This document shows, piece after piece, positions 18,519 through 28,922 of a stretch of 64,000 bases of DNA. Positions within the stretch are counted from its first letter, which is position 1; the number at the start of each line of letters is the position of its first letter. A model generated the notes under the pieces. The model did not search any database, was not told where the DNA came from, and saw only the letters and a program-made list of their open reading frames with translations. The position numbers and the translations under genes were made by a program. This DNA comes from Bacteroidetes bacterium GWF2_33_16 (lineage in GTDB: Bacteria > Bacteroidota > Bacteroidia > Bacteroidales > UBA12077), in contig MEOE01000014.1 in assembly GCA_001768565.1 (NCBI GenBank), positions 82,267 to 146,266 on the forward strand, written 5' to 3'.

Positions 18519-20438
18519 ATGAAATCATTAAATAATATAAAAATTGGTACAAGACTAAAAATTCTTGTAGGATTAGCCATAATCTTTGTAATCTCGTTAT
18601 TGGGTTTTGAAACCTATATTGTTAATAAAAGAGTAATTACAAGAAATACCGATTTACAGGTCTTTTCTAACATTGATCAGATTTCGGACTTGATTGATCA
18701 TCACCTGATATCGGGGAAAGCTCAAATTCATGATGCCATGTTGATTTTGAGTAATACCCTTGGGCAATCAAACAGTTTGACAATTAATAAGGGTAATCAA
18801 GTGCTTTACACTGAAGATATTCAGGGAAATAAAACTAGCTATAATACATATCAATGGAATTTTAAAGGAGAGATAATTAATAAAAACAAGGAATTTATCA
18901 AAAGCTTTGATATGAATGCAGGAGTTAAAGTAACTATGTATCAGAAGTATAAGGATGGTTATTTACTAATTTTTTCAAATATTGATAGAGCAGATCAAAG
19001 TTTTGTTTATCAATCCACGTTGGCTAAATCTCTTCCTGAGATTCAGAAAATTGAAAACGGTGAAAAATTTGAAACTCTTAAAATTGTAAATGGTAACTAT
19101 ATTAATTATTTATGCGATCCCATTTGGCTAAATGGAGAGATCGCAGGAATGGTTGTTTTGCAGAATAAAGCATTAGATTTTTCGGTTTTATCTGAAATAT
19201 TAAAAAGAAAAAAATACTTTGAGGATGGATTTGTTTCATTAATTCGAAACGACGGTTATTTTCTGTATCATCCAGAATTACAAGGCTTGCAAGCAAATCA
19301 GTATAACTTTTTTAAACAACTTGCAAAAAGCACTCAAGAGCAAAATAAAATTGAATTTTTGTGGCCTGAAAATGAATCTGGGAAAACGAAGTTTTTTTAT
19401 TCAAAGTATAAAACAGGACTTGATTTTTATATTACAATTATTTTCGATAAGGGAAATTTATTTGAATCGTTGAATAAACTTGTTATATCGATTTTATTTG
19501 CAATAACTTTAGCCGTATTATTGTTTTTTGCAATAATATCAGCTTTTTCTAAAAAACTTGTTGGCAATATAAACCAGGGTGTCAATTTTGCTCAAAAGGT
19601 TTCTGAAGGTGATTTGTCGGCTACATTTGATTTAAATCAAAAGGATGAAATTGGCGTATTGGCAAATGCATTAAACAATATGGTTGTTCACCTCAGAAGT
19701 ATTGTTGATCAGGTAAATGTTAGCTCAACAAACATTGCATCTGCCAGCCAGGAAATAAATTCAGGTTCGCAGCAGTTGTCCCAAGGAGCAAATGAACAGG
19801 CTGCTTCCACTGAAGAAATATCCTCATCTATGGAGCAAATGGTGGCAAATATTCATCAGAATACAAATAATGCTATCCAAACTGAAAAAATATCGCGAAA
19901 ATCATCTGAAGGAATGCATACTGTGCTTAACTCTGCAATGCAAAACAGAAGATCAATTATAAATATTGCAGAAAAAATTACAATTATAAACGAAATAGCT
20001 TTTCAAACAAATATTCTCGCACTTAATGCTGCAGTTGAGGCTGCAAGAGCAGGTGAGCATGGAAGAGGTTTTGCTGTAGTGGCAAACGAAGTAAGACGAT
20101 TAGCTGAACGAAGTAAGTTTGCTGCTCAGGAAATTGATGAATTATCAAGAACTAGTGTTGATGTTAACGATGAGGTTGCAAAATTGATGGAACAAATTAC
20201 ACCAGAAATTGAAAGAACTTCCAGACTTGTTCAGGAAATAGCCACTTCAAGTCTTGAACAGAATTCTGGAGCTGAACAAGTAAATAGTGCCATTCAACAA
20301 CTGAATCTGGTTACACAACAAAATGCTGCCGCATCTGAAGAATTAGCTTCTTCGGCTCAGCAACTCGAATTTCAGGCAAATAAACTTAAAGAGAATATCA
20401 GGTTTTTTCAAAAGGAATCAACAATCCTGATTAAATAA
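18519..20438 (+). CDS. Methyl-accepting chemotaxis protein 1 (periplasmic Cache-like sensor, HAMP, MA domain; no C-terminal tail)
   Basis: Start moved to ATG 18519 ([10 protein letters not shown]), since the track's 18441 start overlaps cheW. Two TM segments, HAMP ([13 protein letters not shown]), tip [35 protein letters not shown]. Confidence 0.9.
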   Translation: MKSLNNIKIGTRLKILVGLAIIFVISLLGFETYIVNKRVITRNTDLQVFSNIDQISDLIDHHLISGKAQIHDAMLILSNTLGQSNSLTINKGNQVLYTEDIQGNKTSYNTYQWNFKGEIINKNKEFIKSFDMNAGVKVTMYQKYKDGYLLIFSNIDRADQSFVYQSTLAKSLPEIQKIENGEKFETLKIVNGNYINYLCDPIWLNGEIAGMVVLQNKALDFSVLSEILKRKKYFEDGFVSLIRNDGYFLYHPELQGLQANQYNFFKQLAKSTQEQNKIEFLWPENESGKTKFFYSKYKTGLDFYITIIFDKGNLFESLNKLVISILFAITLAVLLFFAIISAFSKKLVGNINQGVNFAQKVSEGDLSATFDLNQKDEIGVLANALNNMVVHLRSIVDQVNVSSTNIASASQEINSGSQQLSQGANEQAASTEEISSSMEQMVANIHQNTNNAIQTEKISRKSSEGMHTVLNSAMQNRRSIINIAEKITIINEIAFQTNILALNAAVEAARAGEHGRGFAVVANEVRRLAERSKFAAQEIDELSRTSVDVNDEVAKLMEQITPEIERTSRLVQEIATSSLEQNSGAEQVNSAIQQLNLVTQQNAAASEELASSAQQLEFQANKLKENIRFFQKESTILIK

Positions 20439-20468
20439 AAAGCTTTTTACTAATCTTAAAATTAGATT

Positions 20469-22418
20469 ATGAAAATAAATGATTTGAAAATAGGAGTCAA
20501 GCTCGTTATAACCCTTATGTCAGTTACTATAATAATTGTACTCATGTTGGGAACATATGCCTATTTAAAAAATAAAACCAGGATTCGAAATTATTCTGAT
20601 GAATATATAAAAGGAGTAATAAACGGATTGGATGAATATATAAATTATCATTTTCTTGATTATAGAAGTAATCAATTAAAATCAAATGATTTAATAGTAA
20701 AATTAATAAATGAAAAAGGAGATATTAATTCTATAACTTCTGATTTATTAAATCAAATTAAGATCATAACAAATACAAGTTCTGCTGTATTTCAAAAAAC
20801 AGCTAAAGGCTTTGTTTGCATTGGTTGTTCAGACAATAAAAAATGGAGTATTGGAGATGTTATTACATTGAGCTCTGATACTGTTATCGAAATAGAACAA
20901 CAAGGTGCATTTTATGATCAATTATTTACTAATTCAATAAAAGAATATGGTATTTACAAACCAATCTATAGTAAAGAAAAACTGCATTCAATAGTATATA
21001 CAGGCACAAATAAAAACTATGTAAATATTGTTTATGAATTATTTAACTCAAAATCATTTTATACTGACGGTTTTGTATTTATGGTATCGAAAAATGGAGA
21101 TATAATAATTGAACCAGAAATTGCTAAAGATTTAATTGATATTGATCTGGTAAAGAATCAGATACTAAAACAAAAAAAAGATACAGGAAAGATTAAATAT
21201 ACTGATGATTCGGGAAATGTAAAATACTTGTATTATAAATTCAACATTAATTCAAATGCATACCTTGGTGCAATGGCATCTGATCAATATATTTTTGTGG
21301 AGTTGGTTAATTTTAGAAAACTTATTTATGTAAGTATTTTCTTTGCTTTAACTATCTTCTTTATTTTACTCGTTTTTATATCAAAAAACATTACAAGACC
21401 ATTAAAAAAAGGAGTTGAATTTGCTCAAGAAGTAACTAATGGAAACCTTGAGGTTACAATAAATATTGAACAGAATGATGAGGTTGGTTCATTAATAAGT
21501 GCACTAAACAAAATGGTACTAAATCTTAGAAATATTGTAACCGAAATAAATACAAGTACCGATCAGATTGCCGTTTTAAGTATGCAAATGAGTTCAAGTT
21601 CACAGCAATTATCTCAGGGCGCAAGTGAACAAGCATCATCAGCCGAAGAGGTTTCATCCTCAATGGAGGAAATGGTTTCAAATATTCAACAAAATGCAGA
21701 TAATGCTCAGCAAACAGATAAAATTTCGCTAAAAGCTGCAGAAGGAATGAATAAGGTTAAAGATTCATCAGCGCATAATTATGAAGCTGTTAATAATATT
21801 GCTGATAAGATTTCTGTCATTAATGATATTGCATTTCAAACCAATATTCTTGCATTGAATGCAGCAGTTGAAGCTGCAAGAGCTGGCGAACATGGAAAAG
21901 GATTTGCTATGGTTGCCAATGAAGTCCGTAAACTTGCTGAACGAAGTCGTGTTGCTGCTGATCAGATCGAGAAACTTTCCAGAACAAGTGTAAAAGCAAA
22001 TGAACAGGTAGCTCGATTAATGGAAGAGATTGCACCTCAGATAGAAACCACAGCAAAACTGGTTCAGGATATTACTGCTGCTAGTCTCGAACAAAACTCA
22101 GGGGCCGACCAGGTAAATAGTGCAATTCAGCAATTAAATCAGGTTACACAACAAAATGCTGCGGCTTCAGAAGAACTTGCTACTAGTGCCGAAGAGCTTG
22201 CCAGTCAGGCGCAACATCTTAAAGATACTATATCCTATTTTAAAATTGGTATCGATAAAACATCCGAAATTGAACAAAAATTAACCAATTATAATGTTAC
22301 GCCCAAAATAATGTCTCAGGATAGTTTTGCAATGAAAGTACAGGATGTTCAAAAATCGGGAGTCGAAATTAACCTAATTGATGATAAAAAATTAGATGAT
22401 AGTTACGAAAGTTTTTAA
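20469..22418 (+). CDS. Methyl-accepting chemotaxis protein 2 (Cache-like sensor, HAMP, MA domain, C-terminal ...[12 protein letters not shown] tail)
   Basis: Same architecture and conserved hairpin tip ([22 protein letters not shown]). ~60-aa linker after the signalling domain, ending in YESF. Confidence 0.9.
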   Translation: MKINDLKIGVKLVITLMSVTIIIVLMLGTYAYLKNKTRIRNYSDEYIKGVINGLDEYINYHFLDYRSNQLKSNDLIVKLINEKGDINSITSDLLNQIKIITNTSSAVFQKTAKGFVCIGCSDNKKWSIGDVITLSSDTVIEIEQQGAFYDQLFTNSIKEYGIYKPIYSKEKLHSIVYTGTNKNYVNIVYELFNSKSFYTDGFVFMVSKNGDIIIEPEIAKDLIDIDLVKNQILKQKKDTGKIKYTDDSGNVKYLYYKFNINSNAYLGAMASDQYIFVELVNFRKLIYVSIFFALTIFFILLVFISKNITRPLKKGVEFAQEVTNGNLEVTINIEQNDEVGSLISALNKMVLNLRNIVTEINTSTDQIAVLSMQMSSSSQQLSQGASEQASSAEEVSSSMEEMVSNIQQNADNAQQTDKISLKAAEGMNKVKDSSAHNYEAVNNIADKISVINDIAFQTNILALNAAVEAARAGEHGKGFAMVANEVRKLAERSRVAADQIEKLSRTSVKANEQVARLMEEIAPQIETTAKLVQDITAASLEQNSGADQVNSAIQQLNQVTQQNAAASEELATSAEELASQAQHLKDTISYFKIGIDKTSEIEQKLTNYNVTPKIMSQDSFAMKVQDVQKSGVEINLIDDKKLDDSYESF

Positions 22419-22456
22419 TTAAGAAATTATAAATAATAACTCAAAATAAATCAATT

Positions 22457-23176
22457 ATGAAAAAAAGCTACATTTTACTATTGCTTGTATTTACAGCAAG
22501 TATTAATTTCAATGCATTTTCTCAAGAAGATGAAAAATCAGGTTGGGATGCCAGTGTGGGAACCGACCTCGTAAGCAGATATATCTGGAGAGGCCTTGCT
22601 AGTTCAAAAACTCCTGCTTTACAACCATATTTAGAAGTTTCTAATGGAGGATTTGCTATTGGAACCTGGGCTTCTTATACTATTGGTCAGGAAATTATTC
22701 AGGAAATAGATTTGTATGTTTCATACTCAATTGGAGGAGTTACATTCGCTATAACCGACTATTTTGCTTATGAAGATACACTTCCATCGTTCGATTTTTT
22801 TAATTTTAGTAGTAGATCAACCGCTCATTTACTCGATGCTCAATTAGTTTACGAAGGCCCTGAGTCATTTCCCATTAAAGCAACTTTATCTACATTATTT
22901 TTTGGTCCCGATAAAAATGTTGATGGTAAAAATAATTATTCCACTTATATTGAACTTGGTTATAATTTCGGTATAAATGATTTTTCAATTTTACCTTTTG
23001 CTGGATTTAGTGTAAACGAAGGATTCTATAATTCAAAAGCAGGATTTATTAATTGTGGCATTACTGGCGAAAGCGAAATCAAAGTAAATGAAAATTTTAC
23101 TGTTCCAATATCTGTTTCTTTTATTACTAATCCTTTAGATAATAATGCATTTGTAGTATTAATGTTAAGCTTTTAA
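22457..23176 (+). CDS. Signal-peptide-bearing predicted outer-membrane beta-barrel, possibly TorF/Gcw_chp-family porin
   Basis: Signal peptide, alternating-hydrophobic strands, C-terminal aromatic residue (LSF). N-terminal [36 protein letters not shown] resembles the SDYxFRGxSQT..PAxQG motif of the TorF family as I recall it. Confidence 0.55.
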   Translation: MKKSYILLLLVFTASINFNAFSQEDEKSGWDASVGTDLVSRYIWRGLASSKTPALQPYLEVSNGGFAIGTWASYTIGQEIIQEIDLYVSYSIGGVTFAITDYFAYEDTLPSFDFFNFSSRSTAHLLDAQLVYEGPESFPIKATLSTLFFGPDKNVDGKNNYSTYIELGYNFGINDFSILPFAGFSVNEGFYNSKAGFINCGITGESEIKVNENFTVPISVSFITNPLDNNAFVVLMLSF

Positions 23177-23187
23177 AAATTATACAT

Positions 23188-25272
23188 ATGAATAACTTTA
23201 AATTATCCTTACGAGCAAAAATGATATTATTAATACTTTCAACAGTATTTATTGTTTTTGCAGCCATTTTTTCATATCTGGCAATTTCAACCCGGTCTGA
23301 AGCTATTAATAAAGCTAAAGAACTTGCTGTAATAACAGCAAGAAGTGTTGCACACGAAACTGAAGCATTCTTTTCGCAGGGAGCTTTAGTTACAAGAAGT
23401 GTAGCCCAAAACTTACTCGCCTTAAAAGAATCAGGAATGACAGACCGTAAGCATACAAACCAAATTCTAATAAATACTTTGGAACAAAATAAAAATTTCT
23501 TATCATTCTGGACTCAGTGGGAGCTTGGTGCATGGGACGATAAAGACAAACAATATATAAACCAAATTGGATCTGATAAACTTGGAAGATATGCAAATAC
23601 CTATTTCCGTGATCAGGGCAAAACAGTATTAAGTGATGCTACTTTAACTGAGGTAGCAGATGAAGAAGACTACTATGCTATACCTAAAGAAACGAAGAAA
23701 GAAACAATTCTTGAACCTTACTATTATAGCTACACAATTGATAGTGAAACAGAATTTTATGAAACTTCTTTTATAGTCCCTGTTTTATACAAAAAAGAGT
23801 TTTTGGGAGTTGTTGGAGTTGATTTCGAACTAACTGAGTTGCAAAAAATCTGTAACAAAGTAAAATTGTTTAATTCTGGTTATGCATATATAGTTTCAAA
23901 TCAATTCATAATTACTGCATTTAAAGATTCCTCATTTATTAATAAAAACTATTTTGATTTTATTAAAAAAGATGGTGAACTAATAAAAAATGCAATCTCA
24001 TCTGGTTTTGAGTTTAATAATGAAGATATATCATTTCTTGAAAATGAAAATGTCTTTCGCTCGTATGTTCCAATCAAAATTGGTAATACAACTTCTCCGT
24101 GGAGTGTTTGTGTTGAAGTGAATAAGGATGAAATATTAGCAGAAGCACAAGGTAAATTTATAACCATTATCTTAATTGGTATTGCTGGCATACTTATAAT
24201 TGCTATGCTAATTTCAATTATTGCTCGCAACATTACAATTCCTTTATTTAAAGGAGTTGAATTTGCACAAAAAATTGCCGAAGGTGATCTTGAGCATGAT
24301 ATTGATATTAATCAGAACGATGAGATTGGGTTACTTGCCGAAGCATTGCAGAATATGGTGGTTAAGTTACGCGAAATTGTAAATGGTATAATTTTTAGTG
24401 CCGATAATATCTTTTCTGCTAGTCAGCAACTGAGTTCAAACTCCCAGCAAATGTCGCAGGGAGCTAACGAACAAGCATCATCTGCTGAAGAAGTATCGTC
24501 ATCAATGGAACAAATGGCTGCAAATATCCAGCAAAATACCGATAATGCGCAACAAACTGTTAAAATTTCGACCAATGCGGCTGATGGTATGAAAGTGGTA
24601 ATGAAAGCTGCCAAAGATAATAGTATAGCTATTAAGCAAATTGCAAAGAAAATCTCTATAATTGACGATATAGCCTTCCAAACCAATATATTGGCCTTGA
24701 ATGCAGCCGTTGAGGCAGCCAGAGCAGGTGAACATGGAAGAGGATTTGCTGTGGTTGCAAACGAAGTTAGAAAGTTGGCTGAAAGAAGTAAAGTAGCTGC
24801 CGATGAAATTGATACATTGTCAAAATCGAGTGTTGATGTTAATGATGAAGTAACCAAACTTATTGAATCTATTGTGCCAGAAATTGAAAAAACATCAAAA
24901 CTTGTTCATGAAATTTCAGCTGCTAGTCTCGAACAAAATTCAGGTGCTGAACAAGTCAATAGTGCTATTCAACAACTTAGTCAGGTTACACAACAAAATG
25001 CTGCTGCTTCAGAAGAATTAGCTACTAGTTCAGAAGAATTAGCCAGCCAGGCCAAACAGCTTAAAGATAATATTGCGTATTTTAAAACTGGCCTGGAAAT
25101 GGAATATGATGAGGCTGATGATGAATTGGTTGCACTGAAGAAAACAAAAAAAATAGTTTCTAAAACAAAAAAAGTAAATATCGTTAAAAAGACTAAAGGA
25201 AATTCACAACATGGAGTGGAAATAAATCTGAGCGACGATAGAAAACTTGATAGTGATTATGAAAGTTTCTAG
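23188..25272 (+). CDS. Methyl-accepting chemotaxis protein 3 (double-Cache-like sensor, HAMP, MA domain, C-terminal ...[12 protein letters not shown] tail)
   Basis: Cache-like [19 protein letters not shown]...[24 protein letters not shown], tip [22 protein letters not shown], and a lysine-rich linker followed by the YESF tail. Confidence 0.9.
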   Translation: MNNFKLSLRAKMILLILSTVFIVFAAIFSYLAISTRSEAINKAKELAVITARSVAHETEAFFSQGALVTRSVAQNLLALKESGMTDRKHTNQILINTLEQNKNFLSFWTQWELGAWDDKDKQYINQIGSDKLGRYANTYFRDQGKTVLSDATLTEVADEEDYYAIPKETKKETILEPYYYSYTIDSETEFYETSFIVPVLYKKEFLGVVGVDFELTELQKICNKVKLFNSGYAYIVSNQFIITAFKDSSFINKNYFDFIKKDGELIKNAISSGFEFNNEDISFLENENVFRSYVPIKIGNTTSPWSVCVEVNKDEILAEAQGKFITIILIGIAGILIIAMLISIIARNITIPLFKGVEFAQKIAEGDLEHDIDINQNDEIGLLAEALQNMVVKLREIVNGIIFSADNIFSASQQLSSNSQQMSQGANEQASSAEEVSSSMEQMAANIQQNTDNAQQTVKISTNAADGMKVVMKAAKDNSIAIKQIAKKISIIDDIAFQTNILALNAAVEAARAGEHGRGFAVVANEVRKLAERSKVAADEIDTLSKSSVDVNDEVTKLIESIVPEIEKTSKLVHEISAASLEQNSGAEQVNSAIQQLSQVTQQNAAASEELATSSEELASQAKQLKDNIAYFKTGLEMEYDEADDELVALKKTKKIVSKTKKVNIVKKTKGNSQHGVEINLSDDRKLDSDYESF

Positions 25273-25353
25273 TTTGATTTTTAATTGATGATTGGGTTTT
25301 TAAATTTTAGGTTAAGGTGTTAAATTTTATTCAAAAAAATCATCTTTTGAGAC

Positions 25354-25378
25354 AGAGAGGGAATAAAATTCCCTCTCT
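25354..25378 (+). terminator. Hairpin after MCP3 (possible terminator or processing site splitting the cluster)
   Basis: Perfect 11-bp stem agagagggaat / attccctctct with 3-nt loop, in the only >100-nt gap of the cluster. No T-run follows. Confidence 0.45.
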
Positions 25379-25395
25379 TAAACTATATTTAAAAT

Positions 25396-26253
25396 ATGCA
25401 GGATACAGGTATATTCTCTTTTTATAATGCTAAATTATCTCAGGCTGACTTTGAAAGGTTAAGTCGCTTTATTTTTGATCAGTCAGGAATAAAACTACCT
25501 CAGGTAAAGCTAATTATGCTACAGAGTCGTTTGCAAAAAAGACTCCGCGATTTAAGCATGACTACTTTCAAAGAATACGTTGATTATGTTTTTAGCCCCG
25601 AAGGTCTCGAAAATGAGATTGTCCATATGCTCGATGTAGTTAGTACCAATAAAACTGATTTTTACAGAGAGCCAGTGCATTTCGACTTTTTAAATAATGT
25701 GGCCCTACCAGAATTTTACGAAAATGGAAAAAATCTGAATAATTTTCTAGTTTGGAGTGCTGGATGCTCAAGTGGTGAAGAACCATATACTATTGCATTC
25801 ACATTGTCAGAATTTAGAGAGAAATTTCCAGCTTTTAATTATAATATAATTGCTACCGATATTTCTGCTCAGATTTTAAATAAAGCGAAATTAGCAGTAT
25901 ATAAAGAAGATTTGATTAGCTCGGTACCGTTTTTTATTAAGAAGAAATATATACTTAAAAGTAAAGATCGAAATAATAAAACTATCCGAATTAATAAAGA
26001 ATTAAGAGATAAAGTAAATTTCTTTAGGTTTAACTTTATGGAAACTACTTATAATTTGCCACATATGTTTGATGTTATTTTTTGTCGGAATGTACTTATA
26101 TATTTTACGCGTGAAACTCAGGAACAGGTTCTTATAAAACTTTGCTCAAAACTTAAACCTGGAGGATATTTATTTATTGGACATTCTGAATCAATTCTTG
26201 GAATGGAACTTCCAATTCTGCAAATTAAACCAACAGTTTATAAAAGGATTTAA
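25396..26253 (+). CDS. cheR: Chemotaxis protein methyltransferase CheR
   Basis: N-terminal helical CheR domain, TDFYRE motif, SAM-binding VWSAGCSSGEEPYT, and FCRNVLIYF. Confidence 0.9.
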   Translation: MQDTGIFSFYNAKLSQADFERLSRFIFDQSGIKLPQVKLIMLQSRLQKRLRDLSMTTFKEYVDYVFSPEGLENEIVHMLDVVSTNKTDFYREPVHFDFLNNVALPEFYENGKNLNNFLVWSAGCSSGEEPYTIAFTLSEFREKFPAFNYNIIATDISAQILNKAKLAVYKEDLISSVPFFIKKKYILKSKDRNNKTIRINKELRDKVNFFRFNFMETTYNLPHMFDVIFCRNVLIYFTRETQEQVLIKLCSKLKPGGYLFIGHSESILGMELPILQIKPTVYKRI

Positions 26254-26264
26254 TTCATATAATC

Positions 26265-27191
26265 ATGAGTCAACTAAATGATCAGGAGCTAATTAATGAA
26301 CTTGTAAAACGTTTTGATGAAACGAAGAAAGCATTAAGTGAAGTTCAGAAATTAAATGAAGAACTAAAGGAGGTAAATAAAAAACTTGAAGAATCAGAGT
26401 CAATGAAAAGTCATTTTATTTCAAATATAACAAATGAAATAATTAATCCTTTTGCTTCTATATTAGCTCTTTCAAAAAACATTCTTTCTGTTGAAAAAGA
26501 AAACTGGAAGAAAGTAATTACAATGGTTTCACATATTTATACAGAAGCTTTTCATCTCGATTTTCAATTCCGGAATATTTTTGCTGCAGCAAAGCTTGAA
26601 GCAGGAGAGGTTGTTCCCGAAATACTTAATGTTGATGTAAGTTCACTTGTTGAGAGTATTATAGAGTCCTTTAGCCATTTAGCTAAGAAAAAATTTATTG
26701 GTATTGAGCTAAAAAACGATTTAAAAGAAGAGAAGAGTAAAATTGTTCTATTTAAAACTGATCCTGAAAAATTACGACTTATCATTTCAAATTTATTAAG
26801 CAATGCAATAAATTTTAGTTTCGAAAAAAGTCGAATAATTATAAAAATATGGAAGTCAGAGAATTTTTTATTGATTTCTGTACAGGATTTTGGTACAGGT
26901 ATTTCTGTTGAAAATCAGAAAATCATTTTCGATCGATTTAAGAGATTAAGTTCTGGTATCGATTCTATTAATCGTGGACATGGCTTAGGCCTTTCGGTTA
27001 ATAAAGCAATGATTGATTTGTTGGGTGGTAAAATTGATATTAAAACAGAATTAAACAAAGGTTCGGTATTTACTGTTTGTATTCCTGAATATGATGGAGA
27101 AATATCTGGAATAGCATTCGATGACAACGAATTTTTCTTTAATTCTGATGAAGTTAAAATGTCAGAAAATGATAAAGAAGAAGTCTTTTAA
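26265..27191 (+). CDS. Cytoplasmic histidine-kinase-like protein (coiled coil + HisKA-like + intact HATPase) with the H-box His replaced by Asn
   Basis: H-box region reads KSHFISNITNEIINPF, against the canonical FLxNxSHEIRTP seen in this window's other kinase (AFLTSISHEIRTPM). N box NLLSNAINFS, G1 DFGTGIS, F box FDRF and G2 GHGLGLS are present. The Asn codon is at 26433-26435. Confidence 0.8.
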   Translation: MSQLNDQELINELVKRFDETKKALSEVQKLNEELKEVNKKLEESESMKSHFISNITNEIINPFASILALSKNILSVEKENWKKVITMVSHIYTEAFHLDFQFRNIFAAAKLEAGEVVPEILNVDVSSLVESIIESFSHLAKKKFIGIELKNDLKEEKSKIVLFKTDPEKLRLIISNLLSNAINFSFEKSRIIIKIWKSENFLLISVQDFGTGISVENQKIIFDRFKRLSSGIDSINRGHGLGLSVNKAMIDLLGGKIDIKTELNKGSVFTVCIPEYDGEISGIAFDDNEFFFNSDEVKMSENDKEEVF

Positions 27192-27201
27192 TTTAAATTA
27201 A

Positions 27202-27675
27202 ATGGTGCTTTACGAATCCTTTTTTTTGTATCCTTCGGCCTTATATGCTACACAAAAACCAAATCATATTACTACAATTTTGGGTTCGTGTGTTGCTGTA
27301 TGTTTGTGGGATCCTTTATATAAGTATGGAGGCATGTGCCATTATATGTTGCCATTATGGAATGGTGAGGGATTAGCATCACCAAAATATGGAAATATTG
27401 CCATTGAAAAGTTAATAGAGAAAATGATTTCATTTGGGTCTAAAAAGGAAAACATTCAAGCCAAAATTTTTGGTGGCGGTGATATTTTTCAAAGACGATT
27501 AAATCATTTTAATATTGGTGAGAAGAATATCTGGATTGCTCAAAGCTATCTTAAGGAGCAAAATGTTCCAATTATTAGCTCAAGCACTGGAGGTGAATCT
27601 GGTCGTAAAATTATCTTTAATACATATAATGGTGAAGTAAGGCAACGATATGTAAGAAAACAAACCGAATTATAA
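27202..27675 (+). CDS. cheD: Chemoreceptor glutamine deamidase CheD
   Basis: Typical CheD sequence: [13 protein letters not shown] (catalytic Cys), HYMLP, KIFGGG, NIGEKN. Confidence 0.9.
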   Translation: MVLYESFFLYPSALYATQKPNHITTILGSCVAVCLWDPLYKYGGMCHYMLPLWNGEGLASPKYGNIAIEKLIEKMISFGSKKENIQAKIFGGGDIFQRRLNHFNIGEKNIWIAQSYLKEQNVPIISSSTGGESGRKIIFNTYNGEVRQRYVRKQTEL

Positions 27676-27685
27676 TTTTAACTCT

Positions 27686-28771
27686 ATGAGTGATAAAATA
27701 AGAGTATTGGTTGTCGACGATTCAGCAGTTGTTCGTCAAAACCTTTCAGATATTATTAATTCAGATCCTGATCTTGAGGTAATGGGAACTGCATCAGATC
27801 CATTTATAGCGGCAAACAAAATAAAAGTAGAAGTTCCTGATGTTATTACACTTGATATAGAAATGCCACGAATGGATGGACTTACATTTCTTCAAAAAAT
27901 AATGTCGCAACATCCAATTCCGGTTGTTATTATTTCTAGTTTAACTGATAAAGGAACAGAAACCGGCATAAAAGCTCTTGAATACGGTGCTGTTGAGATA
28001 ATTACTAAACCACAATTGCATAACAAAGAAGCATTAAATGAATCAAAAATTATTATTTGTGATGCCATACATGCTGCTGCAGGTGCCAAAATCAAAAGAA
28101 AAGTAATAAAGCATACTGTAATGCAGGTTGAACCAAAATATTCTGCTGATGCCATTTTGCCTCCTGTTCAGAATAAAAGCATGATTCATACAACAGAGAT
28201 GGTTGTTGCCATAGGGGCTTCAACAGGTGGAACAGAGGCACTCAATAAACTTATCCAAGAGCTTCCTGCGGATGCTCCTGGTATTGTTGTGGTGCAGCAT
28301 ATGCCTGAAAAGTTCACTACATCTTTTGCAAAAAGATTAAATGAATTAAGTAAAGTAACTGTAAAAGAAGCTGAAGATGGTGATTCTGTGTTTCCTGGAA
28401 GAGTCCTGATAGCTCCAGGGAATTTTCATATGCTTTTAAAACGCAGTGGCGCAAAGTATTATGTCGAAGTTAAAGGAGGGCCGATGGTAAATAGACACCG
28501 TCCTTCAGTAGATGTATTATTCAGATCTACAGCACGATATGCTGGAGCAAATGCTGTTGGTGTTATATTAACTGGTATGGGCGATGATGGTGCAAGAGGT
28601 TTGCTTGAAATGAAGCAGAATGGTGCATTTACAATTGCACAGGATGAAAAATCGTGTGTTGTTTTTGGAATGCCTAAAGAAGCTATTAAGCTTAATGCAG
28701 TTGACAAAATTCTTCATCTTGATATGATTAATAATTCCATTCTTAATTTTGTGAAAAATAGACCTCATTAG
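27686..28771 (+). CDS. cheB: Chemotaxis methylesterase/response regulator CheB
   Basis: REC ([20 protein letters not shown]) plus esterase triad contexts GASTGG, VVQHMP and GMGDDG. Confidence 0.95.
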   Translation: MSDKIRVLVVDDSAVVRQNLSDIINSDPDLEVMGTASDPFIAANKIKVEVPDVITLDIEMPRMDGLTFLQKIMSQHPIPVVIISSLTDKGTETGIKALEYGAVEIITKPQLHNKEALNESKIIICDAIHAAAGAKIKRKVIKHTVMQVEPKYSADAILPPVQNKSMIHTTEMVVAIGASTGGTEALNKLIQELPADAPGIVVVQHMPEKFTTSFAKRLNELSKVTVKEAEDGDSVFPGRVLIAPGNFHMLLKRSGAKYYVEVKGGPMVNRHRPSVDVLFRSTARYAGANAVGVILTGMGDDGARGLLEMKQNGAFTIAQDEKSCVVFGMPKEAIKLNAVDKILHLDMINNSILNFVKNRPH

Positions 28772-28922
28772 AGCAAAAAACAAATCTTTTTTGAAGCTCA
28801 TAGTATAAATTATCTGTATAATGTTTTTTTAAGGTAAAAGATTTTTTAAATTTAAGCCTTACTTTATTGATGTTTGTGTTTAGCAATAATAATTACCTGT
28901 TTTAATAAAAATAGTTGTAACT

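Noticed and set aside
20437-20448. Perfect palindrome AAAAAGCTTTTT right after the MCP1 stop, considered as a terminator.
   Set aside because: It is loopless, contains only one G-C/C-G step, and cannot form a stable hairpin. MCP2 starts 21 nt later, so read-through is expected.
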